DNA of 64,000 nucleotides. It comes from Ostreococcus lucimarinus (Eukaryota). The stretch lies in assembly GCA_000092065.1 (NCBI GenBank), contig CP000587.1; one strand, 5' to 3'. Numbering within the stretch: the stretch's first letter is position 1; every line of letters starts with the position of its first letter. Below the pieces are notes generated by a model that saw nothing but the letters and a program-made list of their open reading frames with translations, was not told where the DNA came from and ran no database searches. Both the position numbers and the translations under genes were made by a program. Positions 12,146-21,790 of this stretch are shown here, in pieces.

Positions 12146-13990
12146 ATGCCGCCGACGCACCGTCGCGCGGCGTCGAGCGCGTCCCTCGACCTTCCCGCGG
12201 GCGACGCGGTGGAGCGCGACGCGCGGCGCGATCGCGCGCGCGCGCGGCGGCGCGCGCGCACGGCGATCGCGCGCGCGGCGGCGTTCGGCGCGGTCCTTCG
12301 CGGTGGGCTGAGCGTGGGGAAAATCGCGCTCGCGGCGACGAGGCGCGGAAGGCGCGGGACGACGGCGGGGAGGGCGCGGAAGGCGGTGCGAGACGTCGCG
12401 TCGTACGCGGCGTTCCTGGCGACGTTCGCGGGGACGTACGTGAGCGCGGACGAGGGCCTGCGAAGGCGGTACGGGGGAGAGGAGAGCAAGGCGTGGCGAT
12501 GCGCGTTGGCGGGCGCGTGCGCGGGGCCGTCGTTGATGCTCGCGGGGTCGGGCGCGACGCATTACGGGCTGGCGGGGTACATATGGGTGCGGTCGATCGT
12601 GCTGCTGACGCGCGTGGCGCAGAAGAGCGAGGATGAGACGATGAAGAGGTTGACGGCGGCGACGCGGATGGAACACGGGGACTGCGCGTTGATGGTGGGG
12701 AGCGCGGCGGTGATTTTGTCGTGCTTCATACTGAGGCCGGAGACGGTGGAACCGGCGTATAAACACTTTCTGGACGTGCACGGGGGGAAGACGAGGGAGG
12801 AGTACGCGGCGCTGCGGACGCTGTGCGAGGCGGGAGGGGATTCGGAGTTGCGCGCGCTGTGCGCGAGATTGGCGATTTCGAATACGTGGTCGGCGGGAAA
12901 GACGGCGCGGGAGATGGCGAATAAGACGGCGGTCGGCGCGATCGGTGCGGGAACCGGTGCGATCGATCGCGCGGAGTTGTATAGGATGATATTTTTCCGA
13001 GGCGCGTCCAACGCTGAGCACTTCTTGTCGCACGTGGTGAAGTCGTTTGCGGCTACGCTGAGCGTGTACGCGCCCGTGTACCTCGTTCCGGCGGCGTTGA
13101 TACACCGAGAGAAGCTTCTGTCGCGCGAGAAAGGGCCGGACTTGTTGTCTAGGATCGCCGTCGGTTCGGCGCGTTCGGCGTTGTTTCTATCGTCCTACGT
13201 CGGCGCGGCGTGGAGCGGAGTGGATTTAGCGAATCGAGCCTTCGGCGGAAGCTGCGACGGTCGTTCGTTAACGTTGGGCGTTTCCATGGCTGGTTTAGCG
13301 ACCTTCATCGAAAAGAAGTCTCGTCGGATGGAGTTAGCGATGTATTGCACGTCGCGCGCGATCGAAACCGCGGCGTTGATGGCGGTTTACCGCGGCTTTG
13401 TGCCGAATTGGATCCAGCGACGCCGCGGCGACATCTTCCTCTTCTCCATCGCCTCGGCGACGATCATGCACTGCTACAACACCGAACGCGACGTCTTCCG
13501 AAGTAAGTACCTTAGCGTGCTCGATTTCATATTCGGCTCGACCGGTCACGATTCGCAAAGCATCTCTCACGCCGCGAGTTATGAGATTTTATTCGAAGGC
13601 AACTTTGGCGAGAGCAAAAGAAAGCCGGCGGCTTCGCTGCCGCCCGGCGGCGAGCGAGAGATGCAACCGATTCGCACGTACGTCACCGAGGAACAATTCC
13701 ACGCCGCGAGTGCGGCGATGAAAGACACGCTGAGTGACGCTAGCGTGAGCGATATCCTCAAGATGTACGGCTTGTACAAACAAGCCACCGTCGGAGACGC
13801 GTGCAACCACCCGCGACCGAGCGTGATGGATCAAAGAGGTCGCGCCAAGTACTCGTCCTGGTCGCAATTCGAGGGCATGAGCGCCCAGCAAGCGATGACC
13901 GGGTATTGCATGCTCGTCGACGACTTGACGACCGCTGGGAAGTTTAAGACCGCCCCGGTCTCGCCCGCGTCATCGACCAACGCGGATTAG
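12146..13990 (+). CDS. TMEM135-like (PMP52/Tim17-family) membrane protein fused to a C-terminal acyl-CoA-binding (ACBP) domain
   Basis: The central region aligns to TMEM135 (LSVYAPVYLVPAALIHR..; FIEKKSRRMELAMYCTSRAIETAA resembles [22 protein letters not shown]). The C-terminal 90 aa form a canonical ACBP domain (LKMYGLYKQATVGDACNHPRPSVMDQRGRAKYSSWSQFEGMSAQQAM). The reading frame is continuous, so I call it a fusion. The N-terminal boundary is uncertain. Confidence 0.7.
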   Translation: MPPTHRRAASSASLDLPAGDAVERDARRDRARARRRARTAIARAAAFGAVLRGGLSVGKIALAATRRGRRGTTAGRARKAVRDVASYAAFLATFAGTYVSADEGLRRRYGGEESKAWRCALAGACAGPSLMLAGSGATHYGLAGYIWVRSIVLLTRVAQKSEDETMKRLTAATRMEHGDCALMVGSAAVILSCFILRPETVEPAYKHFLDVHGGKTREEYAALRTLCEAGGDSELRALCARLAISNTWSAGKTAREMANKTAVGAIGAGTGAIDRAELYRMIFFRGASNAEHFLSHVVKSFAATLSVYAPVYLVPAALIHREKLLSREKGPDLLSRIAVGSARSALFLSSYVGAAWSGVDLANRAFGGSCDGRSLTLGVSMAGLATFIEKKSRRMELAMYCTSRAIETAALMAVYRGFVPNWIQRRRGDIFLFSIASATIMHCYNTERDVFRSKYLSVLDFIFGSTGHDSQSISHAASYEILFEGNFGESKRKPAASLPPGGEREMQPIRTYVTEEQFHAASAAMKDTLSDASVSDILKMYGLYKQATVGDACNHPRPSVMDQRGRAKYSSWSQFEGMSAQQAMTGYCMLVDDLTTAGKFKTAPVSPASSTNAD

Positions 13991-14068
13991 ACGACTCGCG
14001 GCGATGGCGCCGCGAAGATATCTTTCGCCTCGTAATAACAACTCGCCGCACTTTGCATCGCACTCGAC

Positions 14069-14494
14069 ATGCTGGCCGCGCGCGCGACAACGACGACGCG
14101 CGCGACGGTGCAGACACCGCGCGCGCCCAGCGCGGGCGCGAGTCGCGCGCGCGTCGTCGCGCGCGCGTCGTTGAAACAATCCGCATCCAGCTTGGTCGCG
14201 CACGCCGCGGTCGCGCTCACCGTCGCCAATCCCGCCCTCGCCGACGCCCTCGCCGCCGTGGATGACGTTCCGCTGACGAAATCGCCCGCGTTCCTCGGAT
14301 TCGCGTGCGTCGCGGTGTGCTGGGGGATCCCACAAACGCTGGGAACGGCGATTTTGTCGCAAAAGGAAGCGAAGGGACGCGCGCTGTTGCAGAAGCGAGG
14401 CATCGACACGTCGGACATCGGGCAGGGTAATTGGGGGAAGGTGCAGCGTCGTTTGCAAGAGAACGACATAGATTGGAAGAACGAGGAAGCTTAG
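14069..14494 (+). CDS. Hypothetical small protein with a transit-peptide-like N-terminus and one hydrophobic segment
   Basis: A 141-aa ORF. The first 35 aa are rich in R, A, S and T. It contains a hydrophobic helix (FLGFACVAVCWGIPQTLGTAIL). Codon usage resembles that of neighbouring genes. I recognise no family. Confidence 0.4.
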   Translation: MLAARATTTTRATVQTPRAPSAGASRARVVARASLKQSASSLVAHAAVALTVANPALADALAAVDDVPLTKSPAFLGFACVAVCWGIPQTLGTAILSQKEAKGRALLQKRGIDTSDIGQGNWGKVQRRLQENDIDWKNEEA

Positions 14495-14652
14495 TTCGTT
14501 GTTATGATTTGAGAAACGTAGATTTTTATTATTGGTATCGGTAACCATTGACAACGTATTGGCGCTATCCTGTGATGAATAATAGAAGATGGAATGTGGA
14601 CGAGAATAAGACAAGAGTAAAACAAGGGTACAGCAAGGCGCGGTTTGCGCGG

Positions 14653-16260
14653 TTATCGAACCGGAGGCATCGGCGTGTAAGCCGTTTCGCCGTGCGAGTA
14701 CACATCCAAACCGAGCTCCTCCGCCTCGGCGGGGACGCGAATGCCTCCCGTGATCTTATCGGTGAGCTTGAGGCACGCCCATGACGCACCGGCGGTGTAC
14801 ACAGCCGTGGAGACGGCGGCGATAACTTGCACGATGGTTTGCTTCATCATGGGGACGTCGTTGAAGCCACCGAGCGCGGGGTGCGCGAGAACACCGAGCA
14901 GAATTGTGCCCAAGAATCCGCCGACGCCGTGGACGCCGAAGACGTCGAGGGCGTCATCGTAGCCAAACTTCTCCTTGACCGTGGTGGAGAAGAAACGGCA
15001 CACGATGGCGGACGCGAGGCCCATTAAACAAGCGCCAACGGGGCCGACGAAGCCGGCCGCCGGAGTGATGGCGGCGAGACCGGCGATGGACGCCGTGCAC
15101 GTGCCGAGAACGGAAACCTTGCCGTTCTCGATGACATCGAGCGCGGTCCAAACGATCGCGGCGACGGACGCGGAGAGTTGCGTCGCGAGGCACGCGAAGG
15201 CGGCACCCGCGGAAGCCGCACCGGCAGAGCCACCGTTGAAGCCGAACCAGCCGACCCACAACATGGCGGTACCGAGGAACGTCAGCACCAAGTTGCCTTG
15301 GTGCATCTTGTTCTCCTTGCGCTCGCCGAGGTACATGGCGGCGACGAGGGCACCGATGCCGGCGGTGATGTGCACGACGATACCGCCAGCGAAATCAAGG
15401 ACGCCCATGTCGGCGAAGAACGCGCCCGGGCCACCCCAAACCATGTGGCACGCCGGGAAGTACACGGCGAACATCCAGAGCGTGGAAAACCACATGACGG
15501 CGTTAAACTTCATGCGCTCGACGAGCGCACCGATCATGAGCGCCGGAGTGATGATAGCGAACGTCATTTGGTACAACACCCACAGCGCTTCGGGGATCGT
15601 CCCCGCGACCGACGCCGCGGTGACGCCCGCCAAGCCGACCTTGTCCCAACCGCCGATGAAGGACGCCAACGTCGTGACGCCCTCCTTCATGCCGACGTCG
15701 CTGAACGACAGCGAGTAACCGCACAGGAACCAAAGCACGCTCATGTGTGCCGTGAGTGCGAAGCACTGAATCAACACGCTCAGCGTGTTCGTGCGTCGCA
15801 CCAAACCGGCGTAAAACGCCGCCAAGCCCGGAATGGTCATAAACAGCACCAACGCGCTCGAAATCAAAATCCAGCACGTGTCCGCGCCGACGACCGCCGG
15901 CACCGCCGCCGCCGCCGCCGCCGCCGGACCGGCCAGCGTCAAACCCGCGACCGCGACCGCCGCCGCCGCGACCGGCGTCTTCGCCCGCGCGAACACCGAC
16001 CGCGCCGCGTTCGATTCCGCTTCCGCAAGCGTCGCCCGCGCGGCGTCCACCGACACCGCCCCCGCGACGCGCGCGCGTCGCCCCGCCGTCGCCCCGATCG
16101 CGCGTCCGAGGACGCGCGAATTTTTTTCCGCGCCGTTCGCGCGCGCCGCGCGCGCGCATCCGCTCGCGCGCGCCGCGCTCGCGCGCGCGCGCGCGTCGGT
16201 CGACAAGCGCGCCCCGCGCGTCGTCGTCGTCGTCGTCGTCGTCATCGTCATCGCGAACAT
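14653..16260 (-). CDS. AMT: Ammonium transporter (Amt/MEP/Rh family)
   Basis: The Amt signature D[FY]AGG.VVH is present (DFAGGIVVHITAGIGALVAAMYLG), plus several TM helices. I placed the start at MFAMTM (ATG at 16260). The ORF-track start at 16632 lies in the GC-rich upstream region. Confidence 0.9.
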   Translation of the reverse strand: MFAMTMTTTTTTTTRGARLSTDARARASAARASGCARAARANGAEKNSRVLGRAIGATAGRRARVAGAVSVDAARATLAEAESNAARSVFARAKTPVAAAAVAVAGLTLAGPAAAAAAAVPAVVGADTCWILISSALVLFMTIPGLAAFYAGLVRRTNTLSVLIQCFALTAHMSVLWFLCGYSLSFSDVGMKEGVTTLASFIGGWDKVGLAGVTAASVAGTIPEALWVLYQMTFAIITPALMIGALVERMKFNAVMWFSTLWMFAVYFPACHMVWGGPGAFFADMGVLDFAGGIVVHITAGIGALVAAMYLGERKENKMHQGNLVLTFLGTAMLWVGWFGFNGGSAGAASAGAAFACLATQLSASVAAIVWTALDVIENGKVSVLGTCTASIAGLAAITPAAGFVGPVGACLMGLASAIVCRFFSTTVKEKFGYDDALDVFGVHGVGGFLGTILLGVLAHPALGGFNDVPMMKQTIVQVIAAVSTAVYTAGASWACLKLTDKITGGIRVPAEAEELGLDVYSHGETAYTPMPPVR

Positions 16261-16517
16261 GTTCGCGAGCGCGTCGAGCGTGCGCGCGTGTCGTAAATTA
16301 TTTAGCGCGCGTCGAACCGCGCGGTCGCGTCGTCGCGATGTGTCGCGCGCCGCGCGCCGTCGGCCGGCGTCCAATCGGGTCGACGCGACCAACCGTCGCG
16401 CCCAAGAGTCGACAACGCCGACCGTCCCCGCGCGCCGTTCAGGACTCAACACGAGGGGGGGGGTCCGTCCGGGGGGGGTCGTCGACCGGTCTCGACCCGT
16501 CGTCCGACGTGGGGACG

Positions 16518-16625
16518 TTTTCGCCCTCGCGTGGCGACGCGACGTTTTCGCCCTCGCGTGGCGACGCGCCGTTTTCGCCCTCGCGTGGCGACGCGCCGTT
16601 TTCGCCCCCGCGTGGCGACGCGCGC
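16518..16625. repeat. 27-bp x4 tandem repeat in the shared upstream region of the AMT (minus) and CSL4 (plus) genes
   Basis: Four units of gttttcgccctcgcgtggcgacgcgac. The plus frame reads FSPSRGDA[TP] four times. It lies between the AMT ATG at 16260 and the CSL4 ATG at 16662. Confidence 0.8.
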
Positions 16626-16661
16626 GCGGCACGCCGCGACGCCGACGCCGGCGCGACGGCG

Positions 16662-17216
16662 ATGCCGGCGCCGACGCGCGCGGTGCCCGGGGACGTGATC
16701 GCCGAGCGCGGCGAGGCCGCGCGAGGCGCGCGCGTCGACGCGTGCGGACGCGTGCGAGCGACGACGTGCGGGGAGGTGTTTCTCGAGGACGGCGGCGCGC
16801 GCGCGGGCGTCGGCGCGCGCGCGCCGGTGGTGCCGCGCGGCGGGGACGTCGTGTTCGGACGCGTGACGCGCGTGCTCGAGAAGGCGGCGCACGTGGAGAT
16901 CGCGGCGGTGAACGGAAGGGCGCCGAGGGGAGGGGATTTCGCGGGCGTCGTGCGAAGGCAAGACGCGCGCGCGCACGCGGTGGACTCGGTGGAGCTGGAG
17001 AGGTGCTTCAGGGCGGGGGACGTCGTCAGAGCGAAGGTGCTGTCGCTGGGCGACGCGCGGTCGTTTTATCTGACGACGGCGGGTGACGATTTGGGGGTGG
17101 TGCGGGCGACGCACGGGACGTCGCGCGCGACGATGCTTCCGATCGGTTGGACCGAGGTGCAGTGCCCGGTGACGGGGGAGGTTGAGGATAGAAAGGTGGC
17201 GAGAGTGGATGAGTGA
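16662..17216 (+). CDS. CSL4: Exosome complex component CSL4 (EXOSC1-like, S1 domain plus Zn-ribbon)
   Basis: GDVVRAKVLSLGDARSFYLTTAGDDLGVVRATH...MLPIGWTEVQCPVTGEVEDRKVARV matches the CSL4 S1/Zn-ribbon region. At 184 aa the length is close to EXOSC1. The ATG is at 16662. Confidence 0.8.
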   Translation: MPAPTRAVPGDVIAERGEAARGARVDACGRVRATTCGEVFLEDGGARAGVGARAPVVPRGGDVVFGRVTRVLEKAAHVEIAAVNGRAPRGGDFAGVVRRQDARAHAVDSVELERCFRAGDVVRAKVLSLGDARSFYLTTAGDDLGVVRATHGTSRATMLPIGWTEVQCPVTGEVEDRKVARVDE

Positions 17217-17328
17217 GTGCGAATGCCGCTAGCGTGTAATGTACATATGAGTATAGCGTGTACGTGGCGTTCCGCCGAACCGCGGACGCGGCGTCGACGG
17301 CGTCTCGCGTCGACGCGGCGCGTCAAAG

Positions 17329-18219
17329 TCATGGGGTTCCATCTGTCGTGTTCGTCGTCGGTGAGCGCGCGAACCACGATGGTTCGGGTTGCGCGCGCGG
17401 AAGGCGAACGAAAGCCGCGTCTTCGACGGCGTCGAGGGACGACGCGTCGACGGCGTCGACGTAATCCGCAAACTCAGAAAATCTATACGGTTCAGCCATC
17501 AAGTCTTCGTAATCGTCGTCGCGCTCGTCGATGAGTGGCTCGCCCACGCCGTCGTCAACGTTGTCATCATCCGCCAGTTGGCGCTTGACCCAGCGAACGA
17601 ACGGGTTGGTGTCGGAAAGTCGTCTCCAGTCTTCGTCGCGTTCGCCGCTTTCTCCGTGCGTCAGGCGCTGCACGCGCACGATGGCCGCCCGCGCGCCCTC
17701 GGCCACGATCACTTTCGCTTGCTTCGCGAACTCTCTCAACTCGTCCCTCAGCGTCATCTCTTCTTCGGAGTCCGAGTCGTCCAACTGACGGGCGCCTCGC
17801 GCGTTTCGGCCGCTCGCGCCGCGGCGTCGCTCTCCGAGCGCCCGCGCGCCGCCCAACCCGATCCCCACGTACACCAGCCCCGACACCACGATCAGCGTCA
17901 GCGCGGTAAAAATCACCAACGCCGCCCCGTCCGCGGTTCGCGCGATCGTCGGCGGCGGCGGCGACGGCGGCGGCGGCGGCGACGGCGGCGACCTCGGCGT
18001 CGGCGACGGCGGCGACCTCGGCGGGTGCGGCGCGCGCGGCGCCGGCGGCGGTCGCGGCGGTCGCGGCGGCGCCGGCGCCGGCGGCGCCTCGGGATACTCC
18101 GGATACGGCGGGTACGGCGGCGCGTCGACGGCCGCGGCGCTCGCCATCATCGTCATCGCGATCGCCGCGCGCGCGAGCGCGACGCGACGCGCGCCGACGC
18201 GTCGCGCGCGCGCGCGCAT
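17329..18219 (-). CDS. Proline-rich (HRGP-like) type-I membrane protein with an acidic cytoplasmic tail
   Basis: Signal-peptide-like N-terminus (RVALARAAIAMTMMASAAAVDA). Then a 60-aa Pro-rich block (PPAPAPPRPPRPPPAP...SPPPPT), one TM helix (ALVIFTALTLIVVSGLVYVGIGL), and a D/E-rich tail. The start is chosen at the ATG at 18219. Confidence 0.5.
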   Translation of the reverse strand: MRARARRVGARRVALARAAIAMTMMASAAAVDAPPYPPYPEYPEAPPAPAPPRPPRPPPAPRAPHPPRSPPSPTPRSPPSPPPPPSPPPPTIARTADGAALVIFTALTLIVVSGLVYVGIGLGGARALGERRRGASGRNARGARQLDDSDSEEEMTLRDELREFAKQAKVIVAEGARAAIVRVQRLTHGESGERDEDWRRLSDTNPFVRWVKRQLADDDNVDDGVGEPLIDERDDDYEDLMAEPYRFSEFADYVDAVDASSLDAVEDAAFVRLPRAQPEPSWFARSPTTNTTDGTP

Positions 18220-18331
18220 GGCGCGCTCACGCCCGTCGCATCGCGCCCGCGCGATCGGAGCGCGGAGACGTGCGCGCGCGCGGCGGTGTGCCGCACATCG
18301 CGTCGCGCATCGACACCCATCATCGATCGTC

Positions 18332-18691
18332 ATGGCGACGCTCGAAGAGTTTAACGCCGCCGCGGAGGCGATCAAGGCCGTGAAAGAGGTGCGCCGATCG
18401 CGACGACGATCGCTCGCGCCGACGCGACGACGCGACGCGACGCGACGACGCGATGACTGAGCGAAAACCGCGAACGATGGATAGACGACGAACGAAGAGA
18501 TGCTCGAGCTGTACGCGCTGTTCAAGCAAGCGAACGTCGGAGACGTGAACACCGCGCGACCGGGGATGATGGATTTTAAGGGCAAGGCGAAGTGGGACGC
18601 GTGGAAAAAGCGCGAGGGGACGTCGAAGGAGGACGCCATGACGGCGTACGTCGCGTTGGTCGCCGAGCTAAAGTCAAAGTACGGGAAGTGA
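18332..18691 (+). CDS. ACBP: Acyl-CoA-binding protein (ACBP), two exons: join(18332..18388,18485..18691)
   Basis: Exon 1 encodes [19 protein letters not shown]. The intron at 18389..18484 is 96 nt. It starts GTGCGCC, has a GATGACTGAG branch, and ends ATAG. Exon 2 encodes [68 protein letters not shown]. Joined, this gives a full-length 87-aa ACBP. Confidence 0.85.
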
Positions 18692-18794
18692 GCGCGCGTC
18701 GCGCGAACCGTCGCGATAGTGCGCTCGCGTTGTGAATGAACGACGTTCATCGTCGCGTCGCCGACGGGCGTCGCGTCGAGATTTGAATTTGACG

Positions 18795-18865
18795 TCGACG
18801 CCGACGACGCGACTCGACTCGACGCCGACGACGCGACTCGACGCCGACGACGCGACTCGACGCCG
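18795..18865. repeat. About 20-bp x3-4 tandem repeat (cgacgccgacgacgcgactcga) between the ACBP 3' end and the PP2C 5' end
   Basis: The run cgacgccgacgacgcgactcgactcgacgccgacgacgcgactcgacgccgacgacgcgactcgacgcc is directly visible. Confidence 0.7.
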
Positions 18866-19089
18866 CACTGCGCGCCGCGGCGCGACGAACCAGCGCGCGA
18901 GCGCACGCGAAGAGACGCGCACGAGTGATACCGCGCGCGCGCGTCGACGACGATCGCGCGAGCGCGGCGCGCGCGACGACCACGCGCGCGCGTTGATTCG
19001 CATTCGACGCGGCGGCGCGTTCGACCGCGCGCGCGCGCGCGGCGCGCGTCTCCGCGCTCGACGCGCGCGCGAAAGACGCGAGAGACGTC

Positions 19090-20460
19090 ATGTCGCTCGC
19101 GCGTCAGGAGAGCGGCGAAAAGGTGCGCGGCCGGGCGTCGACGCGGTTGAAGTTGAATTCAAAACCGCGAATTGAATTGAATCGAGTCTCGTCGAGTCGC
19201 GCGCGGATGGACGATGGACGACTGACGACGCGTGTCGGCGCGCAGGATGCGAATGGCGAGGAAAAACTCGAGCGCGCGTACTCGCCGAGCCTGCGAAGCG
19301 GCGAACACGGCGAGGTGGGGTGCCGGGAAGCGATGGAAGACGCGACGGTGTTGGACGATAACGTCCCGGTGGAGGGCGCGCGGGACGTCGTGGCGTTTTA
19401 CGGCGTCTTCGATGGACACGGTGGACGGGCGGCGGCGGAGTTTTTACGAGATAATCTCATGAAAAATGTGGTTGAGAATGAAAATTTTATGCGCGATCCA
19501 GAGCTGGCGCTGAAGGAGGCGTTTTTGAGGACGGATGAGGATTTCTACGACAAGTCGGGACCGGGCGAGACGAGCGGGAGCACGGGGTTAGCGGCGTGCG
19601 TCATTGGAGGTAAGTTATATATCGCCAATGCCGGGGACTGTCGCGCGGTTTTGAGCCGGAAAGGTAAGGCGATCGATTTGTCCATCGATCAAAAACCGAG
19701 TTCAGTGGGTGAGATGGAACGCATCAAGAACGCGGGCGGTTTCGTGGAGGATGGGTACGTGAACGGGTTGCTTGGCGTCTCGCGAGCGTTCGGGGATTGG
19801 CACATCGAGGGTCTCAAAGGACGTGGGGGCAAAGCTGGACCTGTGACCGTCGATCCAGAGATAGAAAAGACACGCTTGACAGAGGACGACGAGTTCTTGA
19901 TCCTCGCGTGTGATGGTTTGTGGGACGTGTTTAGCTCACAAAACGCCGTCGACGTCGCGCGGGCAAGCCTGCGTCAACACAACGATCCGACGATTACAGC
20001 GAAAGAGCTCGCGGCAGAAGCTTTGAGGAGAGACAGTTCGGATAATATTTCGGTAGTATGCGTGTGTTTGACCCCTGAAGCGCCGAAAAAGGAGACATTT
20101 ATTCGCACTTCTCCGAGCTTGTTGCGTTCGCTCTCGGTCGAAGCAATGTCTATCGTATCAAAAGCCATGACGGATGACGCCAACTCGCCCGCAGTTCCCG
20201 AAGCGTTCGCGCCAAAACGCGTGCAAAGCATTCGGAACTTTGCAGGTCACGGACGAACTGGATCCGATTCCGATTCCATAGCCTCGGATGTCGCGTCGCA
20301 GCCATCCGCCGAACAAGTTTCGGAAGTTTTAGAAAGCATCGCGGCTCTCAACGTGGTGAATAAAGTATCGACTGGGGCGCTCGGTTTAGAGCGTCTGGAT
20401 AGCGCCGATACTTCGTCGGGAGTAGCTAATGAGTTAGACACGCTCGAAGAAGAAGATTGA
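19090..20460 (+). CDS. Protein phosphatase 2C (PPM family)
   Basis: PP2C motifs are present: FYGVFDGHGG, LYIANAGDCRAVL, GLLGVSRAFGDW, LILACDGLWDV, DNISVVCVCL. The start could alternatively be the ATG at 19204 (MDDGRL). Confidence 0.88.
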   Translation: MSLARQESGEKVRGRASTRLKLNSKPRIELNRVSSSRARMDDGRLTTRVGAQDANGEEKLERAYSPSLRSGEHGEVGCREAMEDATVLDDNVPVEGARDVVAFYGVFDGHGGRAAAEFLRDNLMKNVVENENFMRDPELALKEAFLRTDEDFYDKSGPGETSGSTGLAACVIGGKLYIANAGDCRAVLSRKGKAIDLSIDQKPSSVGEMERIKNAGGFVEDGYVNGLLGVSRAFGDWHIEGLKGRGGKAGPVTVDPEIEKTRLTEDDEFLILACDGLWDVFSSQNAVDVARASLRQHNDPTITAKELAAEALRRDSSDNISVVCVCLTPEAPKKETFIRTSPSLLRSLSVEAMSIVSKAMTDDANSPAVPEAFAPKRVQSIRNFAGHGRTGSDSDSIASDVASQPSAEQVSEVLESIAALNVVNKVSTGALGLERLDSADTSSGVANELDTLEEED

Positions 20461-20531
20461 GTGCGTAAGCTCTCACCGTTTGTATTAAAACACAGTACCA
20501 CTACAACTCGACGCCGAAACCGCTGAATCGC

Positions 20532-21560
20532 TCAGCCAACGTTCGCGTTCTCCATCACGACATCGCACATTTCATAGTAGATCTCCCCTAAACGAGTCAC
20601 CACCGGCGTGGACTCTTCACCTTCGCGAAGGAGACTCACTCGCAAATTAATCACGCTATCTATGAATCGGCCTGGGCGCAAATCTCTCGAGTCCAACCCA
20701 GCCGCCGTCGCAGCGGCTCGTTCGATGCGAGGTTGGAACCCGCGCGTCGTCTTCTTCAGTTTGACTTTACCGCTCGATCTATCGAAGTCTTGATCAAGCT
20801 TATCTCGCGTTTCGTCGAACATCTGCGCCAGCAACGCGCGCCGTTGGGCCACCGTGTTAACCACGACGAGTTCCTTGATGAGCGCGGATTCCGCCTTTGG
20901 AAGCTCTGAAGGCGCGAACGAACCGGAGACGACGACGTCGCTGTACACCCCACTGGCGTCCGCAGCTTTCGACAACTGTCGAGCGGTCTCTCGCACGACG
21001 ATAACTTGGTACAGGAGGTCCCAATTAGGAATCTGTTCCTGAAGTTCGAGCTCGTCGATGAGTTGCGCGGCGGCGCGTTCAATTTTTTCCACGCTCACCC
21101 CCGGAACGTCTACATCCCCCAACGCCCGACCGCCACCCGCGTGCGCGACGCGTATGACTTCAAACCGCTCTTCATTACTCTTCAGCCTCGCCACGAGCTG
21201 CACGACCTGCATCTCATCCGTCAACGAATCCGTCACCGTCGCCAGCGTCTCCTCCTTGATTGCGTTCAACAGCGACACCAATTGCAAATCCCCGCTCGCC
21301 TCACTCGCCCGCACGTACGCCCCCAGCGCGGCCAAAAACGATCCATCCAACTCTTCAAAGTGCGATCGCACCACCGCGCGCAGCACCGCGCGCTTATCCA
21401 CCGCGCTCTCCACCGCCTCTCGCTCGTTCGCCGCGCTCGCCTCGTTCAGCACCTCCGTCGCCGCCTCCTCCAAAAAGATTCCCTCCACCGTCTCTCGTAT
21501 GATCTTATCCAGCACCTCGCTCGCCGCGTCCACGCGCTTCGCCGTGTCGTCGTCTTCCAT
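20532..21560 (-). CDS. Conserved hypothetical protein, function unknown
   Basis: A 342-aa ORF from MEDDDTAK (ATG at 21560) with coding-like composition and no low-complexity bias. I recognise no domain. The ORF-track extension to 21950 runs through the tandem-repeat region and uses a non-ATG start. Confidence 0.5.
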   Translation of the reverse strand: MEDDDTAKRVDAASEVLDKIIRETVEGIFLEEAATEVLNEASAANEREAVESAVDKRAVLRAVVRSHFEELDGSFLAALGAYVRASEASGDLQLVSLLNAIKEETLATVTDSLTDEMQVVQLVARLKSNEERFEVIRVAHAGGGRALGDVDVPGVSVEKIERAAAQLIDELELQEQIPNWDLLYQVIVVRETARQLSKAADASGVYSDVVVSGSFAPSELPKAESALIKELVVVNTVAQRRALLAQMFDETRDKLDQDFDRSSGKVKLKKTTRGFQPRIERAAATAAGLDSRDLRPGRFIDSVINLRVSLLREGEESTPVVTRLGEIYYEMCDVVMENANVG

Positions 21561-21790
21561 CGCGCGCTCGTCCTCGATCGCGTCCGCGCGCGCGTCGCGT
21601 CGCCGCCGTCGCCGCCGTCCCAGAATTCGTCGCGCGCGAATCGACGCGTCGCGTCCCGCGCGGCGCGTCCCGAGCGTCGCGCGCGGCGCGATCGCGCGCG
21701 GCGACGCCGCGGCGAGCATCGCCGGTCGTCGACGCGCGCGCGCGTCGCGGTGTCGCGCGCGCGCCGCGCGGGACGCGACGCGTCGATTCG

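Noticed and set aside
16338-16661. N-terminally extended CSL4 starting at ATG16338 with in-frame FSPSRGDA repeats
   Set aside because: Starting at 16662 gives a 184-aa protein that aligns end to end with 195-aa EXOSC1/CSL4 (MPAPTRAVPGDVIAERGE resembles MAPPVRYCIPGERLC). The extension is low-complexity, and it is equally open on the opposite strand.
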